Shown piece after piece: positions 12,601 through 24,569 of a stretch of 64,000 bases of DNA; within the stretch, counting starts at the first letter, position 1; each line of letters starts with the position of its first letter. The notes below the pieces were generated by a model. That model worked only from the letters and a program-made list of their open reading frames with translations, had not been told where the DNA came from and searched no databases. This stretch comes from Podarcis cretensis (taxonomy: Eukaryota). The stretch lies in assembly GCA_951804945.1 (NCBI GenBank), contig OX638150.1:4402001-4466000 (forward strand), read 5' to 3'. Both the position numbers and the translations under genes were made by a program.

Positions 12601-15600
12601 GCTTGAAATGCAACCCCACTCCTATGGTTACAGACGCTAACATGTCCCAGGGGAAGAGAACCAGCCAATACTCATCTCTCCTGCATTCATTCACATACAC
12701 CTATTTGTGCACACACAGGGTCTCCTGGGATCTTAACATTTGGCAGTGGAATCAAATGTGGAAATTCTTGCAGAGCTTGGGTTACTGCCGCCAGTTTCAG
12801 CCACCACAGAAAGATAAACACGATAACTGAACCGACAACTCTTGAGCTGTGGCTCAGGATCTTTCAAAACATTGTGTCAGAACACAAATTCTCTGTTGAG
12901 AGACTTGACTGTTATCAGCTAAAGAATGGGAAAGTTGCTAGAGGTAGGGGAACAGCCTTGTCTTCTCCTGAAAAGGAATTTGACCTGAATATTCCATGGG
13001 AGCGATCAAAAACTCTTAAGGAGTGTGTGTATTAAGAGATATGCTCCAAGAGTGAGTTTCCCTCTGCTGTTGCTATCATGTCTCTATCCCATAGGAATCA
13101 AAAAGAAAAGACACATTAGTGGTTCTTTCAAAGAGGGAGGAGATCTGCTCAAAGTTGGTGGTGTGTCTGCCTCAGTTCTAATTGCAAGAATTCAATTACT
13201 GCCCCTAGAAGTTGCATATTTCCCTGCCAGCTAATTTTCACACACTACCTGGTGCTGGAGAAGTCCGCTCCAGGGAAGCCATGCAGCCTCCCCCTTCACA
13301 GAAAACCGAAAGCACTCCTGCATATTCACCATTGCTGGATAGTGCCAGAACAGATAACGCCAGATGCAGCACAGCACAGTGAGTGGCAAAAAAGACTAAG
13401 CCGAGAATCTGGAAGCTTCTTGTTCAGATCTCTGCCATCTCTGAGTCACTAGCAGGGACTGAGGCAAGCCCCCCTTTCAGCTTCAGCCCCCTCATCTGCA
13501 ACTGCCCTTCTATAGAACAGCTTTCCTGTTGAGATACAACCAACATCCATTACCTGAACTTTCCAGAAACAACTGAAGGTATTTTGTTCTGATGGGCCTC
13601 CACAGCTGGATAAAGTCTTTGTCACGTGGTTCTACTTGACTGGGTTTTAGTTTTGTTTTAAATGCATCAGATGTGGGTGTTTTTTGTGGGGATCTAACTT
13701 TTTTTTACTGTTTTTTAAATGTGGATTGCCTGAAAACTATTGTATAGAAGGTGGTCATATTTAAGGGGATTGATAAATTAACAATGATAAAAAATAATGT
13801 ATGTGATAATACTGGTCTGCCTTAAAGGGCTACTATGAGAAATACAGAGAATGTACATTAAACACTTTGAACACTTAAGAAAAGGTGAATCTATACAATG
13901 TTTTGTGTGCACATGTTAAATGCATGCTAAAGAACAGGAAAGACTGAATTATCAGGGATATTTCTAATTTGAGCACACATTTTTAAGCCCCCCCTCACTT
14001 CACTCCACTTTACCCTTGCAATGCCTCTGATTTTCCATGTGTTCCTGTTCTTGCAATTCAGAATAATCTTCTATGCATTTTTTTAAAAAAAATCTTCAGC
14101 ATATAAATCACATGACAACTCTATAAAGTAGGCTGTGCTTCCCATTTTACAGACATGGAATGGCTGAAAAATAGATGTGTCTAACACACCCCATGACAAG
14201 AGTATGAGCATGGTGTGATCTGAAGCCAGGACCTACTACAGTGTTGAAGTTAAACGCTTTTATCTACTGCCATGCACTTCCTGCAGACATGCATAACAGC
14301 CGCTAGAGACAACCAGCACTGCCAAGTGCTTAATAAGTTGGCTGTCTTGATTACCATAAATGGGCCTAGCAGCAAGAAAACTAGTAAGCGATCAGGGATG
14401 TAATAAACAGTGTTGGATCCTTAGGGCTGCCATACATCACGTGGATTTCAAAGGCGGAATTGGCGTCTGGGGGAAATTTCCGAAAAGTGGCTGCTTTGTC
14501 CTGGATCGAAAAACAGCTCAACAACTTGGGGTCTTGGTTTTTACTTTTTGAAATATGGCAACCCTAAGATCTTGCTTTCCCCACCTTTGGAATGAAGCAC
14601 CACTCAAAATATGGGCAGCAAAAAGCAGAGGCAACTTTGAATTTGGAGGAAGGCAGAGTACTGAAAGTTTAAAGCTGTGAGTTTACTGACTGGTGCTTTG
14701 AGAATCTGATACAGGATCAATGCTTTTGCTGATTGCTTTTATTTGCTTACACTAGGCACTGCTTTTACGTGTGTAAACAAAAATGGATATGAGAACGATT
14801 TATGTTTCCAGTACTCTCATCCAAGGGAAACTAGAATATCATGCCCTCCCCTGAATGGTGAGTTTAACATTAGTTCTGCAGACTAATTATTGATTGTTGA
14901 AGAAATTCCTGCCCCATAAAAGAAACATATTTAATTTTTTTGAGACCCAAGAAAGACATGCTACTAATTTCAATGAGTAGCATGTTATTATTCCTTGTTA
15001 TTCCACAGGCAAGCTTCATTGCTCACAAAGACCCACACATCTCCATAAAGTATTGGTAGTAGTGGTTTGTTTAAAGTAAAAGTGATGCCACAGAGCAGGA
15101 ATAGCCAACATGGTGCCCTCCAGATGTTGTTAGCTCTTAGCTCCCACCATTCTCACCACTGGCCATGCTGGCTGGGGCTGATGGGAGTTGGAGTTCAGGA
15201 ACATTTGAAGGACACCATGTGGCTATCCCTACTGTATAGGAATTTAATCTTAGGCACAGATGTGTTTTACAGGGTTTGTGTACCTCATTTCAGCAGTGTG
15301 AAGATGAGAGTATAAATTGGTCATTTGCTAAAAGGATATCAAAGTATGACTCTGGATAAGCCAGCATGGCCTACTGCTTTCTAATAGTGGCTTCATAGAG
15401 TAAAACTTCACAGATGTGTCTGTCTATGCTGATGCACATCTCCACCGTGGGCCAACATGGGGATCACCTACCCTGCACCTGGTTCTGAATTAGTTCTGCA
15501 GCGGGGCTAATATTTCAGGATCGTTGTTGTTGTTTAAAAAAAATTCTTATTAAATATACAAATAGAAGGGAAGAAACTGACAGAGAGCTGGAGGGGTGGG

Positions 15601-18270
15601 GTCTAGGGGATAGTCCTTCACAAATGACCTCTCTTGCAACCCTGCGTAATTGTTTCCTCCACTCAGAGGCATTTATCCTGCAGAGTACTGCTTCAGGGAT
15701 GAGGCCTGACAGCTCTGGATAGCTCTGGACCATCCAACCCAACTTACAGTGATCCGTGGCTGTCTCAACTCAACTTGCTGATGCTCAAATGCCTCTGAAT
15801 AGGGCTGGTTTGGTTTGGTACTTGGCTGAATCCAGTACACAGCTCGTGTGTGTGTGTGCATGCGCACATGTGTGTATGTGCCTACAAGGAGCTCTGTTTG
15901 CACTTCCATCCTAATGTGTCCAAAGGGAAACTCAAATGGGAAGATGTGCAGGTTACCTAAAGCCAGCACAGCTTCCCCCTGTGAGATGCCTTTTAGATAC
16001 AATACATTTGTTTACTGGCACTTTGTGCAATGCCTAAACTTATCTAGTCTCTGCCAACTCTTCCAAATTTCAGCAAACTGTTCAAAATTCCAGACTTCCA
16101 CAGAATTACACAGCTTGAATACATTTGTATGCTTCACTGGAACAATACATTCCCTCCAAGGCAGAACTTTGACCTCTGTGCTGCAAAATTCCCAGCATGC
16201 CTTGCAGATTTAGACCAGGATCCAAAACAAAAGCACACCAGAAAAGCAATTTTCCCCACCAAAAGGCAGGTTGGGGCTTGAGTTTCTTGAACAGCAACCT
16301 TCCATACAGCAGGACAAACCATTATGGATTTCCTAGCTCAAGAAGAACATTGGACTAGATATTATTCTATCCCATTTGAAATGGTTCTGCTTGTCTTAGA
16401 ATTGTGATGCTTTTATCTGAAGGGGGCATACGGCTGACAATATGTGACCTCATTGTCACATCTACCAACAGGACGGGTTCAAGATCCTTGTATTAATTTA
16501 CAAACCCTGGAACAATTTAGGTCTAGGGTCCCATAGGGACCATCCCAACCTGTATATCCATCTCAGTCACTGAACTCATCCATAGGAGTATAGCTGGTTG
16601 CCCTCCAAATTGGTGAGGCTCATTTGACATTAACCCAAAACTGAGGTTTTAGTGCCACCAGCCTAGCCCTGCGGAATGCTCTTCCAATAGAAATTCATCA
16701 GGTGTTTTCTGTATTGATCATTAAACATTCCTGAAAATTTCTTTGCCATGAGCCCTATGCAGTCAATTAAGTTAATCACTTTCTGTAATACTTAGTTTGT
16801 GATCTGTATTCCCCCCCCCACCATGTATGTTTTTTATTGAGTATAAATAATGGTAAACCGCTTTGATATTTTTAGTGAAACTGCAGTCTATAATATTTTT
16901 TACAAACAAACAAATAAACCTGTTTTTCTAATTTTATGTTCCATTGCTGTAACCCGACCTAGGGCTTATGGCGAAGGACCGGTAATAAATCTAATAAATA
17001 AATAAATAGATGGCCTACATGGCCCCCTCCAGATTTATGAAGAAGGGGAGGAGTTTGGATTTTATATCCTGCTTTATCACTACCCTAAGGAGTCTCAAAG
17101 CAGCTAACAATCTCCTTTCCCTTCCTCCCCCACAACAAACACTCTGTGAGGTGAGTGGGGCTGAGAGACTTCAGAGAAGTGTGACTAGCCCAAGGTCACC
17201 CAGCAGCTGCATGAGGAGGAGCAGAGACGGGAACTCAGTTCACCAGATTACGAGACTACCGCTCTTAACCACTACACCACTCTGATTCTGATGCAAGTAG
17301 ATAAATAGGTACCGTTGCAGCGGGAAGGTAAATGCCCTTTCCGTGCACTCTGGTTTCCGTCACAGTGTTCCGTTATGCCAGAAGCAATTTAATCATGTTG
17401 GCACATGACCCGGAAAGCTGTTGGCGGACAAATGCCAGCTCCCTCGGCCTCAAACAGAGAAGAGCGCTGCAACCCCATAGTCGCCTTTGACTGGACTTAA
17501 CCGTCCAGGGGTCCTTTATTTTTACCTTTTACTAAAAAAAAAGGCAGTCAACTTGTTGAAAACATCATGCCAATTGCCCTGGTGTATGAAGGGTGTTTTG
17601 TTTTGTTTTTCTGAATGAACACCCAACCTAGACAGGCTGGTTTTTATTTTGTTATTTAAAAGTTTTAAAATTCTGGTTTGTTAGCAACCCATGGGTTATA
17701 GATTGATGGCTTTCTGTTCAAGAAAACATGTTGTTCTTAAATGCATGTTAAAAACCCATTCTTTAGTAGCTTCTTTGGATCATGGCAAAAAGATAACTGC
17801 TTATATTTAAAGTTGGACAAGCTGGCCCAATGGCAACCATAACCTTCAGGGAAACCATGAGAAGAAAGTGTGCCATACTCTGTGCTCATAGAAATAAGGC
17901 AACATCAATGGCTCTTCCCAAGACTTACATCTCAGGGTTCCAGACAGGTACATTGGTGGTTTGTTGGGATGGGATGTCCTCAGCCTAAACTGCAAAGGAC
18001 AGGATATTCCCATCTGATTGGTTGCAGCCACTGTGGCCAAAACAGGCCAAAGTCAGAAGGTTCTGGCATCGTAGGACATTCTTAAGGAGGACTGAGTCCT
18101 TCCAAGAAAGACCCCATGGCTGATCGTGGAGGAATTGGGACACAGAATTGGGAGTCACCCCACCCTTGTTCTCCCAGAGTACAGCCCACAACAGAACTTA
18201 CCCCTTCAGTCGATTTCCCCCCTTCAGATGTGGGTGATGCAGGTGGCTCAAGAATTTCTTTTTCTGTCAT
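3562..18270 (-). CDS. STAC3: STAC3 (SH3 and cysteine-rich domain 3), spliced CDS span; 3' exons (SH3 domains) lie beyond the left window edge
   Basis: Six phase-compatible GT-AG exons give [10 protein letters not shown]...LQRLKQLF...[13 protein letters not shown]...[68 protein letters not shown]...[22 protein letters not shown]...PLAAMMEEE. This matches recalled vertebrate STAC3 (poly-E, C1 domain). Adjacent to R3HDM2 as in mammals. Confidence 0.97.
4802..4893 (-). CDS. STAC3: STAC3 coding exon 5 ([31 protein letters not shown])
   Basis: ttttcactccacag|CA AAC ... AAG AAC|gtaagg; 92 nt. Confidence 0.96.
4992..5052 (-). CDS. STAC3: STAC3 coding exon 4 ([20 protein letters not shown])
   Basis: ttttgccctgcag|CCC CCG GGT ... 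GGT G|gtaagt; 61 nt. Confidence 0.94.
5971..6068 (-). CDS. STAC3: STAC3 coding exon 3 ([33 protein letters not shown]; second half of C1 domain)
   Basis: tttttctactgtag|TC AAT AAC ... AAG ATT|gtaagt; 98 nt; completes the zinc-ligand pattern. Confidence 0.96.
7567..7933 (-). mobile_element. Sauria SINE (Squam1), full length
   Basis: tRNA-like head, core gcaagtagataaataggtaccg, (ACCTTT)-type tail; 14-bp TSD actgcttaagataa (7553-7566/7934-7947). Confidence 0.92.
8131..8263. mobile_element. Palindromic hAT MITE
   Basis: 15-bp TIR caggcttcctcaaac/gtttgaggaagcctg; perfect 8-bp TSD atttagcc. Older relatives at about 6170-6312, 15095-15232, 19688-19825, 36944-37040, 52868-52988. Confidence 0.9.
8904..9165 (-). 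CDS. STAC3: STAC3 coding exon 2 ([11 protein letters not shown]...poly-E...first half of C1 domain)
   Basis: cttcag|CTG CAG CGG ... ATT GTC C|gtgagt; 262 nt; lies within ORF 8701..9234. Confidence 0.96.
10413..10468. repeat. Tandem duplication of about 28 bp (tttaaaacatRccaattagtcaactaat x2)
   Basis: Direct inspection. Confidence 0.9.
10738..11288 (+). mobile_element. CR1 LINE 3' fragment
   Basis: [13 protein letters not shown]...[24 protein letters not shown]2 end, (ATTCTATG)n tail. Confidence 0.95.
14422..14566. mobile_element. hAT-type MITE (TAGGGTTGCCA termini)
   Basis: tagggctgccata ... tatggcaacccta TIRs; TSD not clear. Confidence 0.7.
16560..17007 (+). mobile_element. Degenerate L2-like LINE 3' remnant
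   Basis: ttttagtgccaccagcc...ctgcggaatgctcttcc motif and two tail-like segments ending in (TAAA)n. Confidence 0.5.
17040..17283 (-). mobile_element. tRNA-derived SINE with L2-type tail (Squam3-like)
   Basis: Minus strand begins gtggtgtagtggttaagagcggtag (A box), has a gtgaccttgggc core and ends aaatccaaactcctccccttct. Confidence 0.85.
17291..17531 (+). mobile_element. Sauria SINE, 5'-truncated
   Basis: gcaagtagataaataggtaccg ... ggacttaaccgtccaggggtcc, tail ttttacctttt. Confidence 0.88.
18202..18270 (-). CDS. STAC3: STAC3 first coding exon ([23 protein letters not shown])
   Basis: Acceptor ttcttccccatgcag|T-ATG (exon starts 18271); donor GGG|gtaagt; 69 nt coding, phase 0. Confidence 0.93.
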
Positions 18271-19887
18271 ACTGCATGGGGAAGAAAGCAGATGCAACAG
18301 TAAAGATGCAAAGACATAACCCAGGCACCTCCACTGTTTGTAGGAAGTGGGAGCCAGAAACCCGTGGGACGGGTGGTGCTCACAGCATCAATTTCAGGTG
18401 AGTGTGCGCGCGCACACACACACTCATTATTCGCAATGTCCCCAAACTCAAACCTCACTTGATCAACAATCCTCCATCAAAGTGGGCCGGGGGAGGGGGA
18501 TTTCCATAACAGGAAACCACAAATACCTAGGATAAGCTTCCAATCTGGTACCCTTCCAATGTTTTGGACAACAATTTCTCCCAAAGCACCTGGAGGGTAA
18601 CAAGCTGGTGAAGGCTGACTTGGATGTTTTCCAGCATCAGGTGTCTAGCAAATGGGAGCCTTGGGATGGAAAGGGTGAAATTACACCACAGGCATCTTTG
18701 CGGGTGAATGGCTGGTAAAGGTAACACAGGTTCTCAGGGTGGCTGGGCTTGAAGCTAACCAGGACTTAGCTCTGGCACCTGTAAAAAGAACACATGCAGA
18801 GTGCCTCTCCCCCCCCCCCACTAGTATTGCCCCTTTTTAACTGGTAGGTTAGGAATAGTACAGCATTCTCTACCATCAGTGGGATGTGACAGGTGGAATC
18901 TGAAGGGGCTTGATGAGACTATGGATTTATCTAGTTGCATTTTTAAAACTATGAAATAAGAGTTGGCATTCAAATGGAGGCTAGGGCATTATTACCTACA
19001 CAGGAATTTATATTTTCAAAAGTGAAATGAAACATTCCATGGTATATTTCTGTAGAATAACTCGCAGGAAAAAGGAACAGTTTGAAAAATCTTGATGCCC
19101 TTTTCTGACATTTATGAAATTGAATAATTTGATGCCTTCTCTGCTGAAATGAAATAAGGCTGTAATATTTTAGGAGGTGGTATGTGAAGTTTAATGATTA
19201 CAGAAATAAATGAAATCATGTATTACTGTTTATTATATAAAAGTATGCAATTTAATATTTATTAAGAAAAAATGGCGGGGGCAGGGGGTGGGCGGGGAAC
19301 CCTCACCTTTAAAGTTCTTTCATCACAACGCAACACATATTCTTTAACCAGAAGCAGAGCTGACTGAGAAGATGCATGCAGTTCTCAGGAACAGCTGAGA
19401 GTGATTAAAAAGGGGTTTGGATTTTTGAAAAAAGGTATTTGGAGGAAGGGTGGAATATAAATTTAATATACTTTCTGCTGCTTGACTGATCAGTAGGAAG
19501 GTATGTTGTGGTTCATACAAGATTAGGCACTGGGCCAGAAGCAGGCAGTGAACAAAACCCAAGAAAGTATAAGCACATTCCCCAAGGCCTCTTGGAGATT
19601 ATGCATAATGGCTAGGGAATATAATAAATTCAACCAAGAAATTCACATTTCCCCAAGATGTGCAGAGCCTCTTATACTGCCTTAGGGCAGGGATGGGGGA
19701 ACCTGGGGCCTCCAAATAGTGTTGAACATTTAGCTCCCATCAGCTCCAGCAAGAACCGTCACTGGTGAGAGATGTTGGAAACTATAGTGTAGCAACACCT
19801 GGAGGGCTAAAGGTTTCCCATACTAGGAGTAGGGTATGTAGACCCACAACTACCAGTACTCCTGGGGCTCCTGATAAATCCTCTAGT

Positions 19888-19898
19888 TTTCTTTCTTT

Positions 19899-19942
<44 letters not shown>

Positions 19943-19943
19943 T
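19888..19943. repeat. (TTTC)n microsatellite
   Basis: Direct inspection. Confidence 0.95.
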
Positions 19944-20380
19944 ACCAACTAAGGCTGGTAAAAAAGTAGGCCATTTCCAATCCCAGGAAATGTAGCTGGG
20001 TCAAGATACTGAGAGCATCTTCAAGGTACTGAGAGCTAACTCTTCTCCTACACTTAACAAAAGAACTACAGTTCTTGTGGTTTCTTGAGAGTGAATGATT
20101 ATTAAACCAGTCAAAATTTATAATAAAATCTCCTCAGAGGGAAACATTAAGGAAACAGTTGCACAATTTTCCACATAGGGATTTATTTGATCTAGTGAGG
20201 CAGAAGAGAAATTCACAAAGAGATCACCCCCTTGGCTTCTACTGCTCACTACTTTCCCCATGAGGTTATGGGGATAGCTAACCAGAGTCCAACCTAGTTA
20301 GAACAAAATCAGGATTTCTAGGAGAAATTCATTCTGAAACCAACTTATATTTAAAAAGACCCCCAGAAATGCATTATTAC

Positions 20381-20417
20381 CTGGTTAATGTTTGAAGAGA
20401 GCAGATGGATTGCAGCA
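20381..20417 (-). other. STAC3: Candidate 37-nt 5'UTR exon of STAC3
   Basis: tattttgtttataccttttccag|...AACCAG|gtaata, upstream of the ATG exon; splice signals only. Confidence 0.45.
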
Positions 20418-21801
20418 CTGGAAAAGGTATAAACAAAATACTTCATTTCTATAAACAGGCGCTGGGAAGCCCTGCTTCTTAATCCTGGCTGTATATGGAC
20501 AGGCTGGGATTACTCAGTGGTGAGGGAAAGACACTCTGAGGTGTTTTTCTTTTATTATTATTACTTTTTCAAATGTTTAAGCCCTGGTGTTGTAAAAGAG
20601 GTGCTGGCACTGAGCCCTGACACACATTAAGTGCTGACCAAAAGTACACATACTTCCTCACCTGCCTAAGCTGTCTAAAAACCACCAGCCTGCACAGTTC
20701 CCCGAAAATTTCCGAAGGAGCTCCTCTTCCTCAGCAGAATAACTGAGCCCCATAAATATCAAACTGGGAAGAAATTATTTGTTGATATGGGCCATTTCCT
20801 CCACTCAGCAAACCACCTCCCAAACCTTTATGAGAACCAGGAGTGGCCAACGGCAAGCATGGCCCATGCCTGTCATTAATAGCCACGTCACACTGTCAGG
20901 ACATCAGCAGAAAAGCATTTGGGCTGTCCAGTGTGTAGCTGCTCCCAAGTGCCTGTGCCCACAAACGGACTCAAAGGGTCTGCAGCAGTCATAGCAGCCC
21001 TCTGCCTCGCATTCCTGGAGGTTTCCTCATGGCTGCCTGCCTGTCTGCTTGGACACTCACGTAAGCTGCACATTTGCTGGGTGGTGCAGACAGGCAGCAG
21101 AACATACCGCTGTACAACTCTCAATGTGCAAAGCAGATATAACTCCCCAAGGGCAAAAGTTATTTGCATTTAAAGCCTACATTTAATCACATCAAGGCAG
21201 CTATGAGGGCCACAAATAGTCTTCACCTCCCCCCCCTTTAGTATCAATTTTAATTAAGATATTTTTAGAAAATAGCAGAAAAACTTTTTTTTAAAAAAAG
21301 AAGCATAATGTGCTAATCCCGTTTTCTTTCTCAGAATTGCTTTATAGCAGGTGCCTTAATATTCTTTGCTTTAGACTTTTAGTGGGAATCAACCCCCTGT
21401 GAAAGCCAGGCGACCGTGCTGCAAAAATGGAAAAGTACTTTAGGAAGTCTTGATCTTTCATTTCTAAAAGCACAAACTTACAACTTGTAGATCCCAACAC
21501 ATACCCTCTTGCCTGTGGGTTATCACAAAGTACAATTATTTCCGCAGAAATGGTCATCTCCCCACCCTCTTCCAGAAAAGGCAATTCAGCCATTTTAAAC
21601 CTCCACAGACTGAAACATGCATATTCCTCTACCTCTGAAAGCAAGTGGCTTAAAGTGCGTAAAATGAACTGCCTTGTTTGCTTTTTGAGGCATGGGTGGC
21701 ATCTTTCATGGTTCTAAGTTCTGGGACTGAGACGTTTATGCCTCTGTGAGCCAAGAGCAGATGACAGTGGTGGAGGCTGGAGAGAGAAAAGGCACACTTA
21801 C

Positions 21802-22040
21802 CTTCAGGAAGAAAGGACACACACTTCCTGCAGGTTAAATCCTTCCAAAAGTATCAGGCAGTCCCCACAAACGCAGCTCTCCCTTCGTCCTGCCCAACAT
21901 CTCACTTTAGAGATCCATGGGGGATAAAGATTTTCCCCTTCCTGAGTCTTAGCATGTAAAAGTTTGCCGTCCCAGCACCACAAAGAACTTGAGTGACAGG
22001 AGAGGGGGAAAGACAGCTGCCATCTATTGGGAGGGCTGAC
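21802..22040 (-). promoter_or_regulatory. STAC3: Candidate STAC3 non-coding first exon and proximal promoter
   Basis: Consensus donor GAAG|gtaagt at 21802/21801; E-box CAGCTG at 22014-22019 with nearby TGACA motifs. The ATG exon has an acceptor, so an upstream exon must exist. TSS not determinable. Confidence 0.45.
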
Positions 22041-22799
22041 ATGGAGAAATTGGACACTGAATAGCAGCTTGAACATGGCTTGTGGGCCAAACTGCCTGAG
22101 ACAGCAACACAAAAGCTCAGTTGGGAACTGAGGAGGGGAGGGAACTGTTCAGATATTGACATAGAAATGAGGCAGATCCATTGGCCTAGGAGCTTTTGAA
22201 CAGAAATCACTGCCTGGGATACAGCCTCCAACTGACCTCAATGCTGCAAATAGTGCACCTTGACAGAGTATCTCAGACCATAACATAACATCACAGACAG
22301 CTAGCCAGGAACACACAATCCCACTGGGCTTCCTAATTTTTCATAGATGCCTTTCTGTACAAACCTATCTTCCTTATGCAAGGGTGCAGTCTATCAGTAA
22401 CACGTAATGAACACGTTTACTTTCTGTTCTCCATTACCTTTAACACCTGAAAGATTCTGCAGCCATCCTAACTTGACCATTTTTTCTCAAGTTTTGCATG
22501 TAAGGCACCTGACATCAGTGTTGATTCAAGAAAAAGGAAAGCAATGTTCAGAGCAGGATTTCCCTTCCCCCCACCCCAATCTAGCTCTGTAAAGGGCAAG
22601 CCATTCTATTTCATACCAGCCACAAATATTTACTTGCTTTTCGCCAACCAACCCAATAAAGGAAATCAGAGGATCAACATGCTTCATAACTGATGAAGTT
22701 TAACTTCTCAAGCCGCAGGCTAGCTCTAACAGACTGCCCTTTCCCTTGAGTTTCACCCATGAAGTCTGGATAGAGATTACAGAGTACACAGTGCACAGG

Positions 22800-22966
22800 A
22801 AGAACACAGGAAGCTGCTTTAAACCCTGTCAGGAGATTTGTCCCTCTGGTCTGGTACTGTCTAATCTGGCTGCAAGCGGCAATCTCAGGGTTCCCAGCAC
22901 CTGTTAGCCGAGATCCTTTGCTAAAACTGGAAGTGCCAGGGATTAAACCTGGGATCTTCTGCATGC
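22800..22966 (-). mobile_element. Old tRNA-derived SINE with CR1-like tail (Squam2-like); relatives at about 38005-38178 and 58880-59006
   Basis: Shared gggattgaacctggga..ttctgcatgc (B box, reverse) and aacataggaagctgcc motifs. Confidence 0.6.
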
Positions 22967-23199
22967 TATGGTGAACAACAAACTGACCACATCTGGCTAT
23001 GGAGCAGATTAATCATATGCACCTAGAACTTCAGAACTGAATTGTATTTCTATGTAAAGTGCCATATACACTGTACATCTACAGTCCAAGACTGGATAGG
23101 TTTGTCTTTTTAAAAGGCCCTTGCCCAATGAAAGGAACCCACATGTTTTAACCTACCTATTATATATAATAATTAATTGGGGATGAGGATGAGGATGAT

Positions 23200-23201
<2 letters not shown>

Positions 23202-23245
<44 letters not shown>
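23202..23245. repeat. (GT)n microsatellite
   Basis: Direct inspection. Confidence 0.95.
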
Positions 23246-23247
<2 letters not shown>

Positions 23248-24569
23248 GGCTGAGAAATAGGAGTTTGCTTAGGCATCCCACTGAGATGATGGCAGAGGAA
23301 ATAGATTCAAATCAATGAACATCTAGATCACAGCTCAGGATCTTAGTCAGTTGGAGAACTGTAAACTGCAGCAGCAATGGGGAGGTAGTGACTGGGAGTT
23401 CCAATGGTCAAGGGTTGGGGAAGTGGCACCCCACATAGATCTGTGTCCTTCCACAAGGCTAGAAGAATGAATTGTGAAAAATGAACAGACATGTCATTTC
23501 ATTACTTTGCATTGTTTATATGGGGCTAGATTCAACTGAATAGTTGTACTAGCTTGCTGAAAATCCCCCACAGCACAGCGGGGCTTTCCCCCTTCCCTCT
23601 CCACCCCCAAAAAAACCCTGATGTGAAATGGTTAAGCTAAGGAATATTGCACTGGGAATTGGCATCTTGCAAAGAGCATCACAAATAGAAATAATGTGTG
23701 AATAGAACCAGCATGTCTCTGGTTATAAGGGTGGGTGGGGATTCAATTCACCTGGCCAACTAAGTAACAATAACCCCTGCCAGGAATAAAAATGGATCTG
23801 CCCCAGGTCTCTGTGTGTTACATTTTCACATGGATGAAGATTATGATTCTAACATCCCAGACTTCATGTCTCTTGCTTATGTATTTTGTCTAGTTTTAAT
23901 TTCTAAACTTAAAAGATGTGGAAGATGAATGTTGCCTCGATGTTACAGTCTCCAAATCTGGAAACTCTTACCTCTAAATCCTAGATGTGTGGTTGCTGCT
24001 ATGGTGAGCCACAGACGTTCAAAGGTATTCTGGTTTGGCATTCCATCACATGTTCCTGGGCTGAACCTGGACACTGAGAAAATACACTGGGGTCCAAGCT
24101 AAGCCTTGATCTCCTCAACCAAAGTCCCCAAAGCTTTGGCTCCATATCTTGAGTAGGTTTCCCCCTGCCTGATTCCTATTGTAGCACATAAATAGCAACT
24201 TGCTTTTCAACTTCTCTTTTGCTAGCTGCAGAAGAGGAAATCTTTTGAGGCTGTTTTCCCGTTTGCAAAAAAAAACACAAGATTTTGGACTTTAGGCTTG
24301 CTAAGAGTCTTGAAATGTCTTTTTTTCTGAAAGCCACATAGTTCAAAGATCATACTATTGGTTGAAGGTGGAACTAGTTGTTACACTCAATGAAAAGTTG
24401 CTACCAAAATCACCCCAGCCTTGTGTTGAGCTCTCCCTGTAAAGTTTAGCCATCCTTAGCCAAGATTTTCCTCCACCCCTATTAGGCAGGCAAAAGTCTA
24501 AGTTGTATAGATGTCATGGTGGGCTGCTTCTTCAGCAGCAGACTCATGTGCAGTGAACACCTAGCTCCC

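Noticed and set aside
17040-17531. Head-to-head Squam3-like/Sauria SINE as a single chimeric element
   Set aside because: No shared TSD; more simply explained by independent insertions or a deletion.
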